Assembly (NCBI RefSeq): GCF_009914755.1
Contig: NC_060946.1
DNA: 64,000 nt
DNA from: the human T2T-CHM13v2.0 reference genome, Homo sapiens
Strand: one strand, 5' to 3'
Shown here: positions 16,382 to 30,672 of the stretch, in pieces
Position numbering within the stretch: the first letter of the stretch is position 1
Layout of the letters: every line of letters begins with the position of its first letter
Notes under the pieces: generated by a model
Database searches by the model: none
The model's input: only the letters and a program-made list of their open reading frames with translations
What the model was told of the DNA's origin: nothing
Position numbers and translations under genes: made by a program

Positions 16382-19300
16382 CTTCCACGTCAATGATGAG
16401 TCAGTGTGTAGGTTGATGTGGCAGGGAAAGAGAAGGTAAAGGACATGCCAACAACAGGTGGGAAGCACGAATGCAGATGACAGCAAGAGGAAAGAAGGTG
16501 AAGTTAGTAACCACTCTGAACAGAAACAAAAAAAGACTCATCCCAACAGAGTAAAAGAGGATTACTGATTCCTGGGACATGCATAGGAAATAGGATCTTT
16601 ATTGGCTGTAGAATCCTAAGGGAATCCCATCCAAACATCCAAACTCCTGCCTCTGCTACATTTTACCAATATACTGACAGGAGTTACACCAATATTGGTC
16701 TTCAGACGCAAATTCCAGTACTATCCTTTACAAAACCAGAACATAGAACAAAGTGGTAAACCACTGTGAAGTTATGAGGCCAAATCACTTCTACTCTGTT
16801 GGGAGAAGCCTGGCAAAATCTACCAACAACATAACAAACTTACCTTTAAACCAGTCACAGAGCAAAGTAAAAAAAGGAGCTTCATATATTTTATTACTAC
16901 AATTTAAAGGAAACTTAAATGTTTTGATTAACATTTAACTTTTTTTGCTCTTATCTTTTTAAGAAACTGAGTAGAGCCAAAGCTGTTAAGTACACACCTA
17001 TTTTCCTTTGCAGAAACATCCAGATTATCTATCCCCTTTCAATTACAAGAGCACATTACACTAAAATTTTACTGTACTACCAAGCCCAGCTTCTGCCAAA
17101 ATGAGGATATTTTTGCTCAACTCAAGGTTATTTCAACTCAGGACTTGTTTCAATTATCAATGATTGTCTACGTGACCTGGGAAATTAAATTAATAGCCAA
17201 AGAACGTGGGAAAACCATGAAACCTTGAGACACAAGTTTAGTATTCTCTCTACTGCTGGGAATTGGGCTGAATAACCTCCTAAGGCTTAAAATGTAAATG
17301 TTAGTGTAATGCTTTCAGCTGAATGTATATTTTTACCTACTTAAACAAACAATTTTAAGAATATAACAAAGAATCCTACTGTTTTGTGGAAAAAAATCTG
17401 CATTTTACAAAGAATATTCAGAAAATATCCTAGATAAAACACAGATTTTTGTGATATAAATAATTAAAAAACATTCTCTGTTTGTTACCAGACCGATGCA
17501 CACTCCCTCCTCCTTTGGGAAACCGCTGCAGCCGATCCCGTCTCTTTGCCTTTTATTTTTGGCGGCCTCCTTTCGAAAACTCCGCCTTCTGACACGGGAC
17601 CACTGGAGCGCGGGGAGCATGCATCAAGGGTCCGTGGCAGTGAGAAGTCCCCACACACGCTCGCTCTGTGAACTGGCTTAGATGCTTCTCTGTAGCCCCA
17701 TTTGGTTGCCAAGCGCCGGAGAACCTGGGTTCGGGTAAAAATTTCAGGTCCTCCAACGCCTCCCCCAAGGATAATTGGGGTGATTGTAGAAAAAAATAAT
17801 TAATAAAAAAAAATGTAAGTTACATCCAAAGGGTCAGACTGCATCTATTGCCCAGACTGGATTAATTTCAAGGGAGAAAGGGGAGATCAAAAAAAAAAAA
17901 TTAGCTGTTGTTACAGGGCTTGTGAAGAAGGGGCATTATGTCTGTTTCTTATTACAATAAAGGCTCCTCGGTCTTTACTGACCCCTAAAGTCCTGAATCA
18001 CACCAGAAAGACGAGAAGGCACTTATCACAGGGGGCAGCTTGAGTCTCCGGCTAGGGTCGTTGACGCAACAAAGGAAAAAAGAATTTACAGGGCCAGGGT
18101 GGATGTAAGACAGGGGGTGGGGAATTCTACTCCATGGTATCTTCAGAGCTAGGATAATGCTCCTTATGCAATCCCACTGCATATGACCATGGCAGTAGAA
18201 CAAGTTCAATTACTACACTGGATGCGTTAAGTGTGCTTTCCTAGCAGAAAGCACCAGGGTGGAGTCAACAGTTCACATGCTAATACTTGGAAGTATTTCT
18301 AGAAGGGGGTGCTCAATAGAGGGCAGACATGATGCAAGTTCTTCATACTAGAAAGGTGTCCTGTGTGTGCATGCACAGCTGGATGGGGGCACACAGGAGC
18401 AAGCGCAGAATTTGGTTTTCTCCAGTCAAGTCTACCCTGATGTTATCTGTGCACTGCCACAATATTATCTTGCTGCCTTTCTAGAAGATGCTGTAGCAGG
18501 GTAAGAAATCCAAAGTTAATGTTTTGGCCAGCTGACTGGGATAAGAACCTTTTGTCTGAAAGGCCCTATGACATGGCCTGAATCGCCAATCACTAATAAG
18601 GAGGGACTAAGTCTAGCCAAGAGGCTCATCTAGAGCTGCTTCCGGCCAATGTAGATTTGTCTCGGCCATGTATTGAGTGATCTGCAGCTGATATCAAAGC
18701 TTCTGTTAAAAAACAAAACAAAATAAATTCAATACTTTTAGTTTAACAGTGTGTAGTTCAAACAAAAAAAAGGAAAAATAAAAAATATCCCAGTGGAAAG
18801 GGAAGTGGTAGCCTAAGGATGACTATTATAAAATTATGGGAATCAAAGAACTTACCTGAAGGGAACATTTAAGAGACCATCGCTTGACAGGAAGTGAAAA
18901 AAGGCCCTGGTGACTCAGCTGAAAATTGCACCCCTGTCTATGAGGTAGAAGCCTTCACTTTCCAGGATCTTGTAGGACATTGGTCAGAATTCTGCCATTT
19001 TGGTGGGTTTTCTCCCTCTTTTGATTTTTTACAAGGCAGCAAACAAAGGGGCCCAAAACAAGCACTGATGTTGAGTAACAAGAAACAGACTCGGGTACCT
19101 TCCCTCTCCCCTCACTTGGATGAGTGGGGGTGGGATGAAGAGTCTAAGTTATTCTAATGGTAGCCAATTAATTTGGTTTAGAAATGCAAGGGGACATGGA
19201 GCAAATATTTTTAATTGTCTAGGCAAGATGCACAAAGAAGCTACCAGCACATAGCAAGCCTGTTTAAAAACCAACCATTACTGAAAGCTTTATGTAAACT

Positions 19301-20321
19301 GCTTTCAGGCCTCCGCCTCCTCTCCCAACAGGCCCAAGTTCTAATGGCACAGATCCAGACATGACCTCAGAGGGCAGAGGGGCAGAGAGAACTTTCCATC
19401 ATGGCTGCAGGTCACCACCTCTGAAGGAGGGAATGATGAGTGCAATGCATAAAAAGGCTTCATTACTTTTGTATTCCAGTTTGAATACCTGTTCTCTTTA
19501 TATTATATAGTATAAGGGAATAATATGGTACTTCTCACCTTACTGGGCAAATTAAATACCTGTCAATAATTTAAGGATTTCCTTGTAATACAAATAATCT
19601 TTTTTTTTAAAATATAGAAGTTCTGAGTTAGACCTGTTTAGCTCAGAATAGTGGGCTAAACTACCATAAAATTCTCTGTATATCTTAAATGGTAATGGGT
19701 CAAAAACTCCAGAAAATCATCAGTTGATAACACACCTACAGATAAGTGCATGGGTAGGAGGGGATAGCCAAGTGCCCATGATAATTTGACCTCAGTAAAT
19801 TAAACTGGGCAATACACATATTTGCTATTCTGATACTGCATTAGACTTATAAAATTCCATCTAATAAGCATTCATAAAACTGGACCTCTCTGTATATATC
19901 TAGCTTAGACAGGGATAGGGAAAAGAATAACTGAAGAAACTAGCTTACAATAGCTAGGTTTCGTCAGGCTTATTCTATCCAGCCAGAAACCACCACCAGA
20001 GAGAAGCTGAGCCATTCAGCTGTCTGTCTCCTCTCCCTCTGTTTGAATAGTCATGCCTAGGCCTTGCTGCAGACCAAAGCCTGTTTGTTAGGAGCAGGAA
20101 GAGACTTTGAAAATAAAAGGGGGGTGGGGGAAACCAAAGTTAAAAAAAATTGTGGGGGGGGCAGGGAATGGGGAGAATCACGCTTTGTATTTTTTTCTTT
20201 CAAATATTTATCTAACCACATGTATATACAACTTTCTAAACTTGAAGTCTGAATTTGAAATGACGAATCTTTAAACCAAAAGATACATATACCATTGACA
20301 GAGACACCTATCTATACAAAC

Positions 20322-20381
20322 CTAGCCCACGGGAGGCTACATCTGTAGCAATAAGGATGGGTGCCTTTCCAGAACGGAACT
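20322..20381 (-). CDS. DDX17: DDX17 exon 11 (60 nt)
   Basis: acag|AG TTC CGT ... GGG CTA G|gtttgt; EFRSGKAPILIATDVASRGL (motif V). Confidence 0.96.
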
Positions 20382-20744
20382 CTGTAAAAACAAACAATAA
20401 TCATCATCAAATAAGCATTCCTTGCTATCTGATCTGTTTACATAACCATGTTAAAATTTCAAATAATGGTGCCAGAAAATCCCAAGCTCTTGTAATGACT
20501 GACAGTGATTCTTTTGAAAATCTTTATTACACTCATATTCAGCAGCACAATAGTTACCTCTACTAATAATGAAATACCGTTAAGAGAGTGTGGCAATTTG
20601 TTACATAATTAATATGAGCTAGATTTTTTTCCCCTTAAAGTTATTTCCCAAATGAGACACAACCAAAAGTTGGGGGTCAGTAGGAAACAAGTTCAAAAGA
20701 TGTAGAATGAAAAGAACTGAATTTCCCCCCAAAAGGTATGCATA

Positions 20745-21903
<1,159 letters not shown>

Positions 21904-21975
21904 AAATAGAGCATGAATATTCACTTATGGGCAGGGGGTGGGGAATCAACAGAAAATGCTTAGTTTTAAACTTAC

Positions 21976-22037
21976 CATTAAGTACCCAATCTCTTTCTGG
22001 TTGACTCTTGTCTCCATGGATACACATAGCTGGCCAA
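21976..22037 (-). CDS. DDX17: DDX17 exon 10 (62 nt)
   Basis: tag|T TGG CCA GCT ... CTT AAT G|gtaag; WPAMCIHGDKSQPERDWVLN. Confidence 0.96.
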
Positions 22038-22286
22038 CTATCAGAAGAAAAGTGACCAATATTTTAAAAATCTTTTAAAGTGGAGAAAATCGAACTTTAA
22101 AGCCAAATGCTATCATGCAATTTTTGTAAGGTTTGTCAGGCTTCATGAATAGATGACTGTGCTCATTAAAAGAGCAAACTGCATGGATAGGCATTATTGA
22201 AATATTACACAACATTTGGAATACCAATTTAGAAATTTCCAGTTAACTATAAAACCAGAGGTTAATTGCCTTGGTGCTATACTCAC

Positions 22287-22397
22287 CCATCTCTGCGCAT
22301 CCTTCGAGTCAGATCATCACAGCGTCTCTTTGTCTCCACAAATATTATTGTTTTGTTTTCCTTTTCAGCCATTATTTCTTCCATTAGTTGGATCAAC
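22287..22397 (-). CDS. DDX17: DDX17 exon 9 (111 nt)
   Basis: cag|G TTG ATC ... GAT GG|gtgagt; LIQLMEEIMAEKENKTIIFVETKRRCDDLTRRMRRDG (motif IV). Confidence 0.96.
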
Positions 22398-22519
22398 CTG
22401 AAAACATGACCAACAATGCAGTCATCACACAGAAAGTTATTATGTGGACGATTATGTCTGCAATATCAACTCCCAAGGCTACAGTACTTTCTTTGCACAT
22501 TACGCTTTTAAAATTTTTA

Positions 22520-22745
22520 ATAACTATTAGAGTACTGAGTCAGGTTCTGCTATGTGCTCAAGAAATACTAACTCATACCATCCTCACAGCAAGTCTCATG
22601 TAAGTGGTATTACTCCCATTTCACAGATGAAGAAACTGCAGCACCAAGACACAAAATTGTGCAAAATTATACAGCTTGTAATCAGCAGAGCTAAATTTCA
22701 AACTCAAGAATTCAGAATCCTTGCATTTAACCATAATGCTCTGAC
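22520..22745 (-). mobile_element. MIR in DDX17 intron 8
   Basis: atcctcacagc...cccatttcacagatgaagaaactg MIR core, reverse to consensus. Confidence 0.75.
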
Positions 22746-22870
22746 AAATGATATGATGATGGATTATCAGAAACCTAGCAATGCTTTTAATGTTCTCAGG
22801 CCTCAAAATATACTGGTTTCTACAGTACTAATTTTGGAGGGTTATTAGAAAAGGTTTATCAGCATTATCA

Positions 22871-23719
<849 letters not shown>

Positions 23720-24053
23720 TAGCCAGGATGGTCCCAATCTCTGGACCTCGTGATCCGCCCACCTCGGCCTCCCAAAGTGCTGGGATTACAGGCGTGAGCC
23801 ACCGCACTGGCCCAGAGAAGCTAAATTTTAACAAAGTAACCGCAAAACCATGTCAGGACTTATGTACAATCACCAAATCCTCACAAAGTTTCCAGCCATG
23901 CTGAACCTTCTCTCTCAAAATAGCTGTTTTAGTCACATCTGAGAATTTCTAAGCTGCTGAAATTCTGAGTTTATCACAAGAACCCACTTTTTTTCTCCAA
24001 TTTCCTCCACAGGAATTGGTAAAGTAAGATAAACTAACAATTCTTTTACACTA

Positions 24054-24290
<237 letters not shown>

Positions 24291-24803
24291 CTAATTTAAT
24301 TCTTTGCTGTCTAATCTAGCACATTAAAAGTGATGGGGTGAAGATCAGAAGTGGGGAATATTAGCACAATGGAATATAGAAAAAAATTATTAGAACTTCA
24401 TGTTTAGCATTTGGAATGATACTGGTATCCTCGTCACTTTTACTATGACACATTATCAATCATTATAGTTTATATATACTGTTTAAGTGGAGATATAGAT
24501 TGTATTACCTGGTTTTAAGTATACAACTCTCATTTACAGGTTGAGCATCCTAAACCCCCAAAACCAAAATGCTCCAGCAAGCATTTACTTTGAGGATCAT
24601 ATTGGTCCTCAAAATTTGGATTTGTTTTGTTTTCTGAGACAAAGTCTCACTCTATCGCCCAGGCTGGAGTGCAGTGGTGCAATGAAGGCTCACTGTAACC
24701 TCTGCTTCCTGGGTTCAAATGATTCTCCTGCGCCTCAGCCTCCTGAGTAGCTGGGACTAGAGGCAGGCACCACCATGCCCAGCTAATTATTGTATTTTTG
24801 TAG

Positions 24804-24947
<144 letters not shown>

Positions 24948-25306
24948 TGACTTAAACTGGCAGAATGACACATTCCTGACCTCTAATTTAAGCACATCAC
25001 CAGGTAGATAAGGCAAAAACAATGAAAATTTACATGTAATCTGACAAGACTGTGTACAATCTGGCCAAATAATACAAAAATCAAGGTATCATATACCATT
25101 CAAATTAAATTATGAAACTTGCTTTATATACTGATCCATTAGATATCAACTAATAATAATGCTGTCAGACATATACTATGTATTATAAGTACTGCATTAT
25201 TTCTTTTTGTGAATATCTTGAGACATATTGTACATGTTCATAAATATATAGGACAAATGCAAGCTTATTTCTTAAAAAAGTTAAGTAGGCCGGGCGTGGT
25301 GGCTCA

Positions 25307-25978
<672 letters not shown>

Positions 25979-26296
25979 TCAGGTCAGGAGTTTGAGACCA
26001 GCCTGACCAACACGGAGCGAACCTCCATCTCAAAAAAACACAAAAAATCAAAACAAAAAAACAAAAAAAACCACACCAAAACCAGAAAACACTTGATTTA
26101 CTGCACAGTAAATGCCCATACAGCATGCATGGTTTCTTTAAGAGTAAGACTTTGGTTCAAATGTAAGCTCAGCTATTCAATTGCTGAGTGATCTTGGGTA
26201 AGTCATTTAATTCCAAGTAAGATGAGAATGAAACCATTTCCACCTATGGAGGGTGTGGTTAAGAGTACAAATGGATAATGTAAAGCACCAAGCCTA

Positions 26297-26446
<150 letters not shown>

Positions 26447-26672
26447 TTACGCTTAGAAGTACAATCTTACTTAGATACTTAGTAATTACTGAATTAATGC
26501 ATAAATAGGAAAGTGAAAAACAGAACTTACCACTGCTATATACAGGAAGCAATACAAATTTGAACATAAAATGCTTCCATATATTTAATAACTAAAATAG
26601 TATCTAACTATCTGAATGGCACTTCTACGAAGAACTGAGAACGTATGACAACTAGAATAGCAAAATAAGTTA

Positions 26673-26855
<183 letters not shown>

Positions 26856-27668
26856 TTATTTTGCGTATTTTATTGTGTTTAAAGACACAAACCAAGAGTT
26901 TTTAAAAAAACTTTTAAGCTCACTGAAGATAAGATTTACCCAGCTTCATCTCTCCAAAGTGCTTTTTCTTTATCTACTAGATCTCCGACCAACTCACTGT
27001 TAGCTTCTAAGGGCCAGGCTAGGTGGCTCACGCCTGTAATCCCATCACTTTGGGAGGCTGAGGCCAGTGGAGGCCAGGAGTTCCAGACCAGCCTGGTCAA
27101 CATGGTGAACCCTGTCTCTACTAAAAATACAAAAATTAGCCAGAGTGGTGGTGGGCCCTTGTAATTCCAGCTACTCGGGAGGGTGAAGCAGAATCGCATG
27201 AACCCAGGAGGCGGAGGAGGTAGTGAGCTGAGATCGCGCCACTGCACTTCAGCCTGGGTGACAACGTTGAGACTCCGTTTCCAAAAACAAACAAACAAAA
27301 GCTGCTACAATAGTCTACCTCTCCCAGAAATTTGAAAAACCATTACCCTAAAGCATCTAACAGGACATGGGAACATGGTAGTCATTTATTGTTTAGCAAA
27401 TTCACATTATATCCAGCTAGAAAGCAATTTCATTCTGCTGTTTTCTAAAAGGCAGAGGGCAAAACCCTAGAAAAAGACAAAAACCTCAAAAAAACAAAAC
27501 AAAAACAAAACCTCAGTCTAAATACTAGAACAGAACTGATGACCATAAAAACAATCTCTTGTCCTTTCAACAAAACCCCAAGCCTGGCTCAAAGAGTTTA
27601 ACCTACTACCCTTGTCTCCCATTCAACCCAATTTAACAAATTAAGGTTCTAGATTGAAGAACACTTAC

Positions 27669-27768
27669 GTGGGAAGTTAGCATGATGGAAGGCAAACACG
27701 GGTTTAGGACAAACATCTCCCCCCCTCACTGTAATCTCCTTCTTTCGGCGTAGCTCATCAACCTCATA
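27669..27768 (-). CDS. DDX17: DDX17 exon 3 (100 nt)
   Basis: tag|TAT GAG GTT ... CCA C|gtaag; YEVDELRRKKEITVRGGDVCPKPVFAFHHANFP. Confidence 0.96.
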
Positions 27769-27982
27769 CTATTGAAAAAAAATGAAAGTTAGTAAACTAG
27801 TTATTCTAAACATTCAGAATTTATGTTCCAAGCTAGCTGAGCAATTATCCAGTCCACAGCTATGTTGGCAAATATTTAATAGTTTACATGGTACTTTCAT
27901 GTGTATCACTTTAACTCTGCAAGGCTCCTACTTACTTTGTAAGTTAATTAATGATGTAGGTGATTAAGAGTTCCATTTTCTA

Positions 27983-28434
<452 letters not shown>

Positions 28435-28813
28435 TCACCTCAAAAAAAAAAAAAAAGCCAATCTATCTTTTTCACTAACAGATGAAAAAACATGACCTAA
28501 TATACAATATTTCAATCATGTATAATAAACAGATTAGTAAGCATTATCAACAAGAGAACAAATTAAATGCATATTTAAACTGGTCCCCTTTTATGAGTAT
28601 TAGGGGTCTTAGATAAGAATGTAAGAAAGGCTGGGCATGGTGGCTCACACCCATAATCCCAGCACTTTGGGAGGCTGAGGCGGGCAGATCACAAGGTCAG
28701 GAGACGGAGACCAGTCTGATCAACATGGTGAAACCCTGACTCTTGCACTCCAGCCTGGGTGACAGAGCAAGATTCCGTCTCAAAAATAAAAAGAGGCTGG
28801 GCGTGGTGGCTCA

Positions 28814-29252
<439 letters not shown>

Positions 29253-29392
29253 TTAACCAAAAAATTTTTTAAGAAAAATATCACCACACTAGAATAAAAT
29301 GTAAAACGGCAACAGTAGCGTATGAATAAACTCTAACCAATATATCTACTTGGTTCAATAATCTGTACATTAAAACACACATGTAAACTTAC

Positions 29393-29543
29393 TGGTGTCA
29401 GCCTTGCTACTTCCGGATGTTCCACATAAAAATTTTTCTCAAACTTGGGGAGCTCACTCAAATCCCACTTTTTTTTACGCAAACGCTCCCCAGGATTACC
29501 AAATTTCTTCGGGGGAAGGCCACCACCACCTCTTGCTCCAAAT
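29393..29543 (-). CDS. DDX17: DDX17 exon 2 (151 nt)
   Basis: ctag|A TTT GGA GCA ... ACA CCA|gtaag; FGARGGGGLPPKKFGNPGERLRKKKWDLSELPKFEKNFY. Confidence 0.97.
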
Positions 29544-29809
29544 CTAGGAACAGAATTTTTAGTTAGTTCATCAGTATTTTTAAAGCAACGTATCGTACAT
29601 GCCATAAGAATATTCAAAAAGGATGGAGTTCTAGGGATACTACCAGCCTACCTCCAAAAAGACCATTTTATTTGCTGTGATTTAAAGGTATGGAGAAATG
29701 TGTAAAACCTCCCTTACTACCCAACAATAAATACTGTTTATGAATATAGCTACAATAGGCAAAAAATTAAAAATCCCTTTATTGAGAGAAATACATCCTA
29801 GGGATTACA

Positions 29810-30020
29810 ATCACAGATTCTGGATCCAGACATGGTTTGAGTTTTTATTCTGCCACTTACTGTATAATTTGAAGAGAATTATTTAACTTCCACACACCTT
29901 AGTTTCCTATGCAAAGTAGAAATAATACCACTTATTTCAGAGGCTGCTGAGAAAATGACCTAATAATGTGTAATGTACTATAAAAGTATCTGGCATAGCC
30001 AGCACTCAGTACAAGTTAGC
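29810..30020 (+). mobile_element. MIR in DDX17 intron 1
   Basis: tctgccacttactg...ttatttaac...cttagtttcct...aataatacc MIR core, consensus orientation. Confidence 0.75.
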
Positions 30021-30375
30021 ATCATTTCATTCAACAAATAGTTATTAGGTACCAAGTTACTAGGTACCAAGTATGTATCGGCTACTGTTTGAAGTGGTGC
30101 TGTGCTGGAGTTACTAAACAAAACAGACACAAGTCTCTATTTTTGTGTAACAGACATGCAGGCAAAGGATGACATTAAGTTAAGTTTCAATTAAAGGGAA
30201 GATTGTGGACAAGAAGGAAGATACACTCCAAGCAAGTCCCTCAATCTTAGAATAGCTTCTTGGGCCTGCTCCCCTATTAAACTGTGATAAGCACTCCACC
30301 TGTCTGCTTATCTGCAAAGCAAAACTGGGTCTTGGAAAGGACTGGTAGACTGGTCTTCATTTTTAGCTTACGCTA

Positions 30376-30507
<132 letters not shown>

Positions 30508-30513
30508 TTACTA

Positions 30514-30672
<159 letters not shown>

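Noticed and set aside
17405-17768. Four short ORFs over the GC-rich block of intron 11
   Set aside because: No homology recognised; the base composition is better explained by RNA structure
17967-18015. Third possible stem in intron 11 (ctcg-tcttt-ctg / cagaaagacgag)
   Set aside because: Only 12 bp with two bulges, competing pairings and no strand-specific wobble evidence
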